Positions 19,248 through 28,318 of a stretch of 64,000 nt of DNA are shown here, piece after piece. Position 1 is the stretch's first letter. Every line of letters begins with the position of its first letter. The notes under the pieces are model-generated. The model was not told where the DNA came from. It made no database searches and saw nothing but the letters and a program-made list of their open reading frames with translations. Where the stretch lies: NCBI GenBank assembly GCA_028279595.1, contig JANQNK010000008.1, forward strand, positions 63,713 through 127,712, given 5' to 3'. This DNA comes from Thermoplasmatota archaeon. Lineage in GTDB: Archaea > Thermoplasmatota > JAKEGO01. The position numbers and the translations under genes are program-made.

Positions 19248-19358
19248 GTTGGCAACTCTAGGACTCTTCTAATAAGAATATTGCCTAATCCTTGTTACAA
19301 TCGGAAGAGGGGACACCGACATTAAAATACCCGAGATCCATTCGATGACGGTGGTATC

Positions 19359-19793
19359 ATGAAACACGTCATCGTCTACTGGTCAAGATACGGGAACGGG
19401 AAGAAGGTCGTGGAACAGCTCGCAAAGGTCCTCGAGGAGAGGGGCGACGAGACCACCGTCATGACGACCGACGAGGCCGATCCCAAGTCGTTGCCCGACG
19501 CCGACATCTACGTGTTCTCAGCAGCGCAGGAGATGTTCAACCTCCAGAAGAACATGAGGAAGTTCATGAAGAGCCTCAAGGGTATGGACGGGAAGAACTT
19601 CGGCATCATCAACACGCATTCTATGCCGGAGAAGAACCAACTTGCCAAGATGGAGAAGATGCTCTCCGCTGCTGGAATGAAGAAGGCGGCCGGAGTCCAC
19701 ATCAGGGTCGAAGGGGATGCAAAGGACGCCCAGGGCCTCCCTGAAGGATGGGAAGCCAAGGTCGAGAAGTTCGCCGATAAGTTGACAGGGTGA
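19359..19793 (+). CDS. Flavodoxin-like protein
   Basis: 'IVYWSRYGNGKKV' FMN-binding loop. Confidence 0.85.
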   Translation: MKHVIVYWSRYGNGKKVVEQLAKVLEERGDETTVMTTDEADPKSLPDADIYVFSAAQEMFNLQKNMRKFMKSLKGMDGKNFGIINTHSMPEKNQLAKMEKMLSAAGMKKAAGVHIRVEGDAKDAQGLPEGWEAKVEKFADKLTG

Positions 19794-19799
19794 TCCGAC

Positions 19800-20783
19800 G
19801 TGAAGGCCGCATTGTGCACGAGGTACGGACCTCCAGAGGTATTGAAGATCGGGGAAGTGGACACACCAGTACCGAAGGACGACGAGATGAGGATAAAGAT
19901 ACATGCTACTACGGTAACCTCAGGAGACGCGAGGATGCGTGGTTTCGACGTCCCACCGCTTGTCGGGATCCCGTATCGCCTGATCGTAGGTATCACGAAA
20001 CCCAGGAAACCGATCCTCGGGTTCAGCCTTGCGGGGGAGATCGACAAGGTCGGGAAGGACGTCAAACGGTTCAAGGTCGGCGACAAGGTCTTCGGTTCCG
20101 TGGGATTCAGCGGCGGGACGTATGCCGAATACAAGGTCCTGCCGGAGAAGGCCGTGATCACGACCCTGCCGGAGAACGCGTCATATGGTGAGTCGGCCGC
20201 GATCATGTTCGGCGGGATGACGTCGCTACATTTCCTGAGGAAGGCGGACATCCAGAAGGGACAGAAGGTGCTCATCTACGGAGCCTCCGGAAGCCTGGGA
20301 ACGGCCGCGGTCCAGCTCGCGAAACACTTCGGAGCCGAGGTGACCGGCGTCTGCAGCACGGCCAATGTTGAACTTGTCGAGTCGCTTGGCGCTGACAAGG
20401 TCATCGATTACAAGAAGGAGGACTTCAAGGGGGTCAGGGAGACCTACGATGTCATCTACGACACCGTCGGATACAGCCCTTACTCCTGGAGCGTCAGGTC
20501 TCTGAAGAAGGATGGGGTCTACCTTCGAGCTGTCAACATGACATTGGTCATCGTACTCAGAGGTCTCTGGACGAAAATGGTCAAACGTCGCAAGGTCGTT
20601 GGTGGAGTGGCTAGTGAGACGGTCGAGGACATCGAGTTCCTGAAGGGACTGATCGAGTCGGGAGTGCTGACACCGGTGGTCGACAGGACCTACCCGTTGG
20701 AGAAGATCGTCGAGGCTCACACTTACGTCGACAAGGGCCATAAGAAGGGGAACGTCGTCATTACGGTCGGGGAATTCGAATGA
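19800..20783 (+). CDS. NAD(P)-dependent oxidoreductase, MDR / quinone-reductase-like (copy 1)
   Basis: 'YGPPEVL', 'GASGSLG', 'VIDYKKEDF', 'GHKKGNVVI'. Confidence 0.9.
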   Translation: MKAALCTRYGPPEVLKIGEVDTPVPKDDEMRIKIHATTVTSGDARMRGFDVPPLVGIPYRLIVGITKPRKPILGFSLAGEIDKVGKDVKRFKVGDKVFGSVGFSGGTYAEYKVLPEKAVITTLPENASYGESAAIMFGGMTSLHFLRKADIQKGQKVLIYGASGSLGTAAVQLAKHFGAEVTGVCSTANVELVESLGADKVIDYKKEDFKGVRETYDVIYDTVGYSPYSWSVRSLKKDGVYLRAVNMTLVIVLRGLWTKMVKRRKVVGGVASETVEDIEFLKGLIESGVLTPVVDRTYPLEKIVEAHTYVDKGHKKGNVVITVGEFE

Positions 20784-21754
20784 AGGCCATGGCGTTCCCG
20801 AGGTACGGCCCACCTGAGGTCATGGCCATGGCCGATATCGAGAAGCCAGTACCGCAGGAGAATGAGTTGTTGATCCGCGTCCACGCATCCACCGTAACCA
20901 CTGCGGAGATCGCTTCGTTGACGGGCAGCCCGTTCATCGCCCGGCTGGCGACGGGTCTGTTCAAGCCGAAGCAGAAGGTGCTCGGGGTCGAGGTCTCTGG
21001 AGAGATCGAAGCCGTAGGCGCATCGGTATCCCGATTTACAGTGGGCGAACAGGTCTTCGCCTACTGCGGTTTCAACGGTCATGCTGAATACATCTGCATG
21101 GCCGAGGACGGGATCGTGATCAGGAAACCAGAGAACGTCGGTCACGGAGAGGCGGCCGCCGCGGTGGATGGTATGCTTACAGCGATTCCCTTCATGAGGG
21201 ACAAGGGTGACGTCCAGAAGGGGGACCAGGTCCTCATCAACGGTGCTTCAGGGTCCATTGGAACATTCGCCGTTCAGTTGGGGAAGTACTACGGTGCCCA
21301 CGTCACCGGCGTTTGCAGCACCGGGAACGTCGATCTCGTCAAATCAATAGGTGCAGACGAGGTGATCGACTACAAGAAAGAGGATTTCACTAGCACTGGA
21401 CAGACATATGACGTCATCTTCGACACCGTGAACAAGAGTTCGTTCGGTAAATGCAAGGGTGCCTTGACCGAGGGTGGAGTGTATCTCACCACTTTCCCCA
21501 CTCTACCGGTCATGGTCCGAAGGTTGGTACCAGGAAAGAAGGGTAGAAAGAGGGCTGTCTTCCACGCAGCGGGACTGAGGAAACCCAGGGAGAAGATCAT
21601 GGACATGGTCTTCATCAAGGACCTGCTGGAACAGGGGAAGGTGAGGTCGGTGATCGACAGGACGTATCCTCTTGAGAAGGTCCCAGAAGCCTACGAATAT
21701 ATCGAGAAGGGCCACAAGAAGGGGAATGTCGTGATCAAGGTCAGCGAAGATTGA
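20780..21754 (+). CDS. NAD(P)-dependent oxidoreductase, MDR / quinone-reductase-like (copy 2)
   Basis: Same motifs as copy 1; ATGA overlap. Confidence 0.9.
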   Translation: MKAMAFPRYGPPEVMAMADIEKPVPQENELLIRVHASTVTTAEIASLTGSPFIARLATGLFKPKQKVLGVEVSGEIEAVGASVSRFTVGEQVFAYCGFNGHAEYICMAEDGIVIRKPENVGHGEAAAAVDGMLTAIPFMRDKGDVQKGDQVLINGASGSIGTFAVQLGKYYGAHVTGVCSTGNVDLVKSIGADEVIDYKKEDFTSTGQTYDVIFDTVNKSSFGKCKGALTEGGVYLTTFPTLPVMVRRLVPGKKGRKRAVFHAAGLRKPREKIMDMVFIKDLLEQGKVRSVIDRTYPLEKVPEAYEYIEKGHKKGNVVIKVSED

Positions 21755-21780
21755 TCGACCATGTTGCGAGCGTAGGAGCA

Positions 21781-21828
21781 GGACGTTTGTATCTCCTGAC
21801 GAGAAGCCAAACGTCCGGGCCAGTCGAT
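21781..21828 (-). repeat. Partial type-B tRNA-linked structured element; 48-bp exact repeat of 22899-22946
   Basis: ggacgtttgtatctcctgacgagaagccaaacgtccgggccagtcgat occurs at both positions. Confidence 0.9.
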
Positions 21829-21870
21829 TCAAGCTGAAGAGTGCATGGGGCCCTGACCGATCGTTCCTCT

Positions 21871-22722
21871 CTACGACTCGCATACCTTCTCGCCCTTAAC
21901 GCCGATCGTAATATCCTTGATAGGGACATTGACTCCAGCGTCTGCCATCGCAGCCTTTACGACCTGTCCGAGGCCGAAACAGCAGGGGACCTCCATGTGC
22001 GCTACGGTGATCGATCTCAGGTCATTGTGTTCCATTATGGCTGCGAATTTCCTCTGGTAGAACTCCGCGTCGTCCAGCTTGGGGCATCCGACGAGAAGCA
22101 CTTTTCCCTTCAGGATATCCGTATGGAAGTTCGGGTATGCGAACGGGACGCAGTCTGCTGTGATGAGCAGGTCCGCGTTCCTCAGGTATGGTGCGTTCGG
22201 CGGGACGAGCATGGTTTGGACAGGCCATTGCCTGAGTTCGGTAGCCTGCCTCGGGGATGGACCACTTTCCGTTGATGGCCTGTCATGGGAAAGGTCGAGG
22301 ACAGCCGACCCGGGGCATTGGTGCGGGGTCTGGGGCGTCTCGTTACACTCTCCACCTCCCACGACCTCGGCAGGGGGCTCGATGCCCTGCTCCTCAAGGT
22401 ACTCAATTGCCTCGCTGAGGAACTCCTCCTCTCCGTGCTCCTTGAGGTGCAACAGGTGCGCTATCATCGTATTCGGCCCCGCCTTAATTATGTTCTCCAT
22501 GACCCGTCTCTCTTCGTATGGTTCCGCTTCCCGTTCCTCGATCTCGATCGCATCCTCAGGGCAATGGCCTATGCAAGCCCCCAGGCCGTCGCAGAAGAGG
22601 TCGCTGATGAGACGGACCTTGCCGTCTATTATCTGCAGGGCGCCCTCTGGACAGTTCGGTATGCAGTCCCCGCAACCAGTGCATTTCTCCTCGTCGATCT
22701 TGATGATCTTTCTGGTCGTCAA
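21871..22722 (-). CDS. 4Fe-4S dicluster ferredoxin-domain protein
   Basis: 'CTGCGDCIPNCP', 'CDGLGACIGHCP', 'QWPVQ', 'GCPKLDD', 'MEVPCC'; probable TTG start behind GGTGA. Confidence 0.9.
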   Translation of the reverse strand: MTTRKIIKIDEEKCTGCGDCIPNCPEGALQIIDGKVRLISDLFCDGLGACIGHCPEDAIEIEEREAEPYEERRVMENIIKAGPNTMIAHLLHLKEHGEEEFLSEAIEYLEEQGIEPPAEVVGGGECNETPQTPHQCPGSAVLDLSHDRPSTESGPSPRQATELRQWPVQTMLVPPNAPYLRNADLLITADCVPFAYPNFHTDILKGKVLLVGCPKLDDAEFYQRKFAAIMEHNDLRSITVAHMEVPCCFGLGQVVKAAMADAGVNVPIKDITIGVKGEKVCES

Positions 22723-22879
22723 TTTATCACCCACTTCTTCCATTTTGACATTGCTGTGGATCCCCATCGGCCATCCTACTTGATCCCCGACCGGAATGGA
22801 TACGCGGGACAGTTCGGCGATCCTCCTGTAGCTGACTCTGGCACCCGCCCTCGGATATTTATATTGATTCACGAACAAA

Positions 22880-23019
22880 TGGTGCGGGGGGAGGGACCGG
22901 ACGTTTGTATCTCCTGACGAGAAGCCAAACGTCCGGGCCAGTCGATGCGAAGCATCGACGTCTAGAAGCAACCATCAGCATCACCACTCGAGTACATTCT
23001 TCAGTTGACGTGAGAGTGG
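22880..23019 (-). repeat. Type-B tRNA-linked structured element ending in a 17-bp copy of the tRNA-Leu 3' end
   Basis: Hairpins gtcgatgc/gcatcgac and ccggacgtttg/caaacgtccgg; ends tccctccccccgcacca; homologous to 54022-54164 and 53741-53885. Confidence 0.85.
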
Positions 23020-23177
23020 TGGTGCGGGGGGAGGGATTCGACCTAGATGATGCTGCGCATCATCAGGGTTTGGAAAGACATCGCTGACAGATCGCTCTTT
23101 CCAAACACCCTTTTCAAGAGCGGGTTCTGAATCCACACTAGCACCATTCCTCCAATTACTCACAATTCAAAACGGAA
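23020..23177 (-). repeat. Type-A tRNA-linked structured element ending in a 22-bp copy of the tRNA-Leu 3' end
   Basis: 23020-23041 is identical to 23178-23199; hairpins tttggaaaga/tctttccaaa and gatgatgc/gcatcatc; homologous to 53623-53740. Confidence 0.85.
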
Positions 23178-23264
23178 TGGTGCGGGGGGAGGGATTCGAA
23201 CCCTCGGACCGCTAAGGACAGGGTCCTAAGCCCTGCGCCATTGGCCAGGCTAGGCTACCCCCGC
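23178..23264 (-). tRNA. tRNA-Leu (anticodon TAG), CCA encoded
   Basis: GCGGGGG acceptor, CAGGG-CTTAGGA-CCCTG anticodon arm, long variable arm, GGTTCGAATCC. Confidence 0.96.
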
Positions 23265-23302
23265 AGGGAGCGTTGATGTATCGCGTCAGGTATTAATATC
23301 AT

Positions 23303-23491
23303 TGCGGGGGGACCGGTCGGCCAATGGCCTCTGTCATTGCGGTATTGGTTCGATCTTGCGTTGGAGAACCCGGCGACGGTTGGGTTGCGTAAGGAATGAA
23401 GTAACGGGAAGCATGAAGGACCGATACGGGAAGAACACCTCTGGAGGTCGTTCACCTCCCGGGTGGGTTCCACCCGCTAGGCTACCCCCGC
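23303..23491 (-). ncRNA. Putative tRNA-Leu-derived structured RNA (acceptor-stem mimic with a long internal region)
   Basis: Starts with the first 16 nt of tRNA-Leu(TAG), ends CCCCCGCA, has internal hairpins and an upstream TATA-like box. Confidence 0.45.
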
Positions 23492-23541
23492 AACCTGTCA
23501 ATGCTAACGAGAATACACTATATATCAATTTCATGAGGAGG

Positions 23542-24210
23542 TCATGAACATAACCACTTCACGACGTTGTTCATGAAGGTGTCGCTGTGCCGGTCGTCGG
23601 AATTTGGGAACGTCCTATCGAATATCTCGTCGAGGTCCGGGCACCTGTCGAGCAGACGTTCCTTGTTGTCGCGTATCGCCATGAGTGCATCGTGCTTGCA
23701 GATCTCCGGATGGGACTGGCATGTGAGGATGTTCTCACCATAACTTAGAACCTGGTACAGACAATCGTCGTGGGCGGCCAGGACGACGGCATCGTCCGGC
23801 TTCTCCACGACCTCATCGCCGTTGAGGCTCAGGAAGTACGGGTCCACGAGACCGGCGAAGACGGGGTGGTCCTCTAGAACTGTGATCCCGTGCCATCCGA
23901 AGAAGCGCTTCTCACGCTTTCCGATCCTTCCGCCGAAGGCATGGCCGATGAGCTGGTGGGCAGCGCATGAACCGAATATCCGCTTCTTCCCGGCCGAGTT
24001 GATGAACTCGATCTCCCTCTGGTGGTAATCGAGGAGCCCCTCGGATAGGTCGTAGTAGTCGCCGGTCAGGATGAACGCGTCGAAGTCCGAGGCGTCCGGG
24101 AATTCCGATCCGGTGACCACTGGAAAGGTTTCGTGTTCGACGTCCTCGAGATAGCCGGTGAAGAAGCGGGCAAGACCTGCACTGTTCTCGATTATCGCGA
24201 TCCTTGTCAT
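23542..24210 (-). CDS. Class I glutamine amidotransferase-like protein
   Basis: 'GSCAAHQLI..AFGG' nucleophile elbow; 'QSHPE'. Confidence 0.88.
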   Translation of the reverse strand: MTRIAIIENSAGLARFFTGYLEDVEHETFPVVTGSEFPDASDFDAFILTGDYYDLSEGLLDYHQREIEFINSAGKKRIFGSCAAHQLIGHAFGGRIGKREKRFFGWHGITVLEDHPVFAGLVDPYFLSLNGDEVVEKPDDAVVLAAHDDCLYQVLSYGENILTCQSHPEICKHDALMAIRDNKERLLDRCPDLDEIFDRTFPNSDDRHSDTFMNNVVKWLCS

Positions 24211-24229
24211 CCAACCCGTATAATCGACC

Positions 24230-24532
24230 TCAAAGGAAAAGGATTTCCCTATAGAGATGGCCCGTGTCGATAAGGTAGATCAGGAGTAGGACTTGGAGGA
24301 ACAGGATCGCCATCGCCTTCACGATGAAGCTCGCTTTCCTCGTCTTGTGATGGAAGGCGGCCATCCCGATGAAGATGCCTGCGATGCCCCCGACGAGCCC
24401 GATGGTGAGGAGTGTGGCCTCTGGGATGCGCCGTCTCCGGCGTCTGGCCTTGGACTTGTCAACGCCCATTGCCACGAGACCGACCACATTGATGACGATG
24501 AGATAGTACAGGAGATACCTTTCGAGCATCAT
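24230..24532 (-). CDS. DUF1294-family membrane protein
   Basis: 'MGVDKSKA....RRIPE..L.....GG..G...GM..F.HKTRK'. Confidence 0.88.
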   Translation of the reverse strand: MMLERYLLYYLIVINVVGLVAMGVDKSKARRRRRRIPEATLLTIGLVGGIAGIFIGMAAFHHKTRKASFIVKAMAILFLQVLLLIYLIDTGHLYREILFL

Positions 24533-24658
24533 CGTCGATATGGACCACCTGGTCATAATGCTTTCAGTGGAAAACCTCACATTTCCCTGAAAAAGCACTG
24601 GCCATAAAGGATAAGTAGCCAGGACCCGATACAGCTACAATGAGTTGGGGGACTCAGT

Positions 24659-27600
24659 ATGGGGATTATTCTAATTGAGAAGGATAGCGACAGCTCCGAG
24701 AGCGAGGACACCGTCACCATCTCGATCCAGGAGGCGGTCGACAAGCTCGAGGACCTGGAGAAGAAGTTGGAACAACCGGTGGAGACGACAGCTACACCAG
24801 ATAACGGTTTCACTGACCTCGATGACGAAGGACCGGTGGATGGTCTGGAAGATGAGCCAGAACTACCTCCGAAAGACCCTGATGAGGGGCCTGAGCAGGC
24901 ACCCGATGATATTCCCGAAGGGCCAGATGTCCCGAGGAAGACTAAGAAACCCACCCCCTCGAAGGGTTGGCTCTCAGGGAGCTTCAGCCAGAAGGAGACC
25001 ATCGGCATCGTCGTGCTGTTCCTCATCGGCATCGTCGCGGCAGCGTTCATCCTGGCGGTCCCCCCCGAGGACAGGATGCGGATGGACGGCGAGTTCGACG
25101 ACTGGGACGATGCGAACAGGGTCTCCGACGACACCATGGACGTCGATAAGGCGGGGATCGACATCGTGTCCACCGCCATCAAGTCCGAGAACTCTCACCT
25201 CTACTTCCTCATCGAAGTTAGGGGGACGATCTTCCCTTCGGGTGAAGGCGGACAGATGGCACACATCTTCATCGACAGCAACGGGAACCAGGACGGTTAC
25301 TCGATCATGGGTATCTATGCGGACTACATGGTGGAGGTCTACGGCGAGAACGGCAAGGTCCGTTCCTCGTCCTACTTCAAGTTCATGCCCATGGACAATT
25401 CGTCCAGATCGCAGATGAACTGGAACAACTGGACGTACCTTGGAGGCGTGGAAGCCGCGGCCGAGGGAGACATGCTCGAGGTGGGGATGCCCTACCACAA
25501 CGGGGATGACGCAAAGGTGCTCTTCCACATGTCCGACACCGAGGGTAACCAAGACACCTCGTGGATCCTCCCGATCAAGAGCGGTGCGGACCATGTCCCG
25601 ATTATGGTGGAGAGTGGACCGACGCTGCCAGTTGGCTCTAATCTCACGGAGGGTGAACATACCCTGCTCGAGATAACTCTCGAATCGGTCAGGGGGTCAT
25701 CGACCGTCGAATCGATCTCCATCGCTCACAAGGGGAATGCCCTCGATGAGGATATCGGGACCCTGACCCTTGTTTCGGCAGGAACCCCGATCGCATTCTC
25801 CAGCATTGTGAACGGCACCGCGACCTTCGACCTGAACAAGTTCGAGTTCATGGACCGCACCACGCTCTACGTCGATGTGGAGGTCATGGCCTCGGGTTCG
25901 GAAAGGGTACTGGACCTCGCCCTGGACAAGGTGCGCTCGAGCGCAGCGACGACGACATACGATGTCGAGAATGGCGCATGGTATCTGATCGGACCTTCAC
26001 AGTATTACCGCATAGACGGTCTGTTCGCCGAATGGAACGACACGGGACTCGATCCCGTCGGAGATGCTCCGGCGGACATCGATATCGACGGTTACAAGGC
26101 AGCCCGAACCGACTTCAGCACCTATTTCTATCTCTCGGTGGACGGAGAGATGGCCGCAGGCACCCAGGTTCCGCTCAGGAGCCCCGTGGTGGTCCCGGGA
26201 GCCGTGGGATCGCAGGACCAGCGACCGCTTCCGGTGATGACCGGAGAGGACGCGGTCTATATATTCCTCGAGGTCCAACCTGCGGTCTTCGGCTACCACC
26301 CAGCAGGATTCCCCGTTACCGCGAACAGGATGGTCAGGATAGCCGGGATTGACGGCGAGGTGACGACGACGGAGTACTTCAGTTTCGCCGGGACGGACCC
26401 GCTGGATTGGGCATGGGATGAGATACATACCCCAGTGAACGCTGCGGTCAACGGGGACAGCATGGAATCCTCCCTGAACATGGACCTGCAGGAGTTCCAG
26501 GCGTACTTCCACATCGTGGATTGGCGCAATGGATCGGGGGATTTCTCCGAGGACGTCGTGACGATATCGAAGCTTGCTGGCATCGACGATCCCTTTGCGA
26601 TAACCATCGACGGAGCCGCCTATCAGTCACTCACCGGCGAGAACTGGACCTCCCTCAATTCTCCGGGGTCCGGACAGACGTTCGTGAGCACCGCCGCAGG
26701 CTCCGGAACGACGGCCGGATACCTCTATGTCCTGAGAAGCGACGGAGCGGTATTCGTCACGAGGAACGCGGTGGACGGTTGGTATCGGTATGGCTACGGC
26801 GCTCCCGGTCTGCCGGCATCGGACACGTTCGTCGATATCGCGGTCGGCTCGGGGACCACTGTTGGTTACGTCTACATTCTGAGAGCTGACGGGACCGTCT
26901 ATGTTACCAGGAATGCCGTGGACGGCTGGTACGAGTACGGTTACAATTCACCGGACCTCCCTGACAGCGACGGCTACGTCGGAATTGCTGCTGGCTCCGG
27001 TACGACCGCCGGTTACGTCTACGTCCTCCGGAACGACGGAGCGACGTTCTTCACATCGAACGGCGTCGGTGGATGGGGACAGTACGGTTACGGCTCACCG
27101 ACCATCCCGTCGTCGACGGCCTATGTCGATATCGCAGCAGGGACCGGGAACACTGCAGGTTACATCTATGTTCTCGAAAACGACGGCGATGTCTACGTCG
27201 CACGGAACGGTGTCGAGGGATGGTATCAATGGGGCTACGGTGAACCGGACATCGATCCGAGCTCCGCATACGTGGAGATCGACGTCAATGACAACGGCGA
27301 CGCCTACGTTCTGAGGAACGATGGCAACGTATACTTCAGTGACAGTGCCGTGCAGGGGTGGTACAGATACGGATATGGCAGTCCGGCGCTGACGTCGAGC
27401 TCAGGCTACGTCGGTGTCGCCGCTGGATCTGGTAACACTATCGGTTACACATATCTGCTCAACAATGACGGAACGGCATATGTCACGAGGAATGCCGTGG
27501 ACGGATGGTACGAGTACGGTTACGGAAGCCCGTACCTGCTCACTGTCTCCTCCTTCGTCGACATCGCCTCCGATACCGGCGCCGTATTCACGCTCAGGAA

Positions 27601-28318
27601 CAACGGTAGCGTCTACAGGTCGGACAACGGGTCCGCATGGAGCCACCTCGCGGACGCGGGGACGGACACGTCGTGGACCTCCATCGCTTCCGGTGAGATA
27701 GCGCACATCTTCACCATGAGGAACGACGGGACCGTCGTTCGGATCCATAACACGACGGGCTCGATAACGTCGTGGGGGGATTGCGGTTCGGATACATCAT
27801 GGGTCTCCCTCGCGTCCGATGGAACCTATCTGTACGCTCTGAGGGCGGATGGGACCACGGCCTATTCGAGTGTTTCTACGGCGAGCTGGTCGTCGAAGGG
27901 CGACGCCGGGACCGGGGGCTCATGGGTATCGATAGGAACGCTCTCTGGCGAGACCTACGTCTACGCAATGCGGAACGACAGGAGCGTCTATCGTTCCCTT
28001 ACAGGAACGTCAACCACCTGGACGTCTTGGGCACCCGCAGGTTCCGACACCTCATGGGTCTCGATCGCGGTGAGTCCGAACTACGTATTCGCCCTTCGTT
28101 CCGACGGCAGGGTGGACAGAGCTACCCAGGCGCCAAGCCCGGTCTGGAACACATCATTCGGAAACCTGGGAGACGATGGTGCCGTCGCCCTAGACACGAT
28201 AGTCAGCGAACTGGCGTTCATGCTCCTCCCGATATTCATGCTTGTCGCGGTGACGCACTTCAACAGACGGAGGAGGAATAAATCGAATTCAAGGTCAAAC
28301 AGAGGTGATGGAAGATGA
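24659..28318 (+). CDS. Large surface protein with tandem beta-propeller-like repeats, an N-terminal TM and a C-terminal TM plus basic tail
   Basis: Repeats 'GY.YVLR.DG.VYV.RN.V.GWY.YGYG' and 'SWVSIA....YA.R.DG'; ends 'VSELAFMLLPIFMLVAVTHFNRRRR'. Confidence 0.85.
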   Translation: MGIILIEKDSDSSESEDTVTISIQEAVDKLEDLEKKLEQPVETTATPDNGFTDLDDEGPVDGLEDEPELPPKDPDEGPEQAPDDIPEGPDVPRKTKKPTPSKGWLSGSFSQKETIGIVVLFLIGIVAAAFILAVPPEDRMRMDGEFDDWDDANRVSDDTMDVDKAGIDIVSTAIKSENSHLYFLIEVRGTIFPSGEGGQMAHIFIDSNGNQDGYSIMGIYADYMVEVYGENGKVRSSSYFKFMPMDNSSRSQMNWNNWTYLGGVEAAAEGDMLEVGMPYHNGDDAKVLFHMSDTEGNQDTSWILPIKSGADHVPIMVESGPTLPVGSNLTEGEHTLLEITLESVRGSSTVESISIAHKGNALDEDIGTLTLVSAGTPIAFSSIVNGTATFDLNKFEFMDRTTLYVDVEVMASGSERVLDLALDKVRSSAATTTYDVENGAWYLIGPSQYYRIDGLFAEWNDTGLDPVGDAPADIDIDGYKAARTDFSTYFYLSVDGEMAAGTQVPLRSPVVVPGAVGSQDQRPLPVMTGEDAVYIFLEVQPAVFGYHPAGFPVTANRMVRIAGIDGEVTTTEYFSFAGTDPLDWAWDEIHTPVNAAVNGDSMESSLNMDLQEFQAYFHIVDWRNGSGDFSEDVVTISKLAGIDDPFAITIDGAAYQSLTGENWTSLNSPGSGQTFVSTAAGSGTTAGYLYVLRSDGAVFVTRNAVDGWYRYGYGAPGLPASDTFVDIAVGSGTTVGYVYILRADGTVYVTRNAVDGWYEYGYNSPDLPDSDGYVGIAAGSGTTAGYVYVLRNDGATFFTSNGVGGWGQYGYGSPTIPSSTAYVDIAAGTGNTAGYIYVLENDGDVYVARNGVEGWYQWGYGEPDIDPSSAYVEIDVNDNGDAYVLRNDGNVYFSDSAVQGWYRYGYGSPALTSSSGYVGVAAGSGNTIGYTYLLNNDGTAYVTRNAVDGWYEYGYGSPYLLTVSSFVDIASDTGAVFTLRNNGSVYRSDNGSAWSHLADAGTDTSWTSIASGEIAHIFTMRNDGTVVRIHNTTGSITSWGDCGSDTSWVSLASDGTYLYALRADGTTAYSSVSTASWSSKGDAGTGGSWVSIGTLSGETYVYAMRNDRSVYRSLTGTSTTWTSWAPAGSDTSWVSIAVSPNYVFALRSDGRVDRATQAPSPVWNTSFGNLGDDGAVALDTIVSELAFMLLPIFMLVAVTHFNRRRRNKSNSRSNRGDGR

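Noticed and set aside
19800-21754. Tandem MDR oxidoreductases as a novel system
   Set aside because: A common family in which tandem paralogs are unremarkable.
22880-23199. CRISPR array
   Set aside because: The three repeats are tRNA 3' ends with 120-140-bp structured, homologous intervals, and no cas genes are present.
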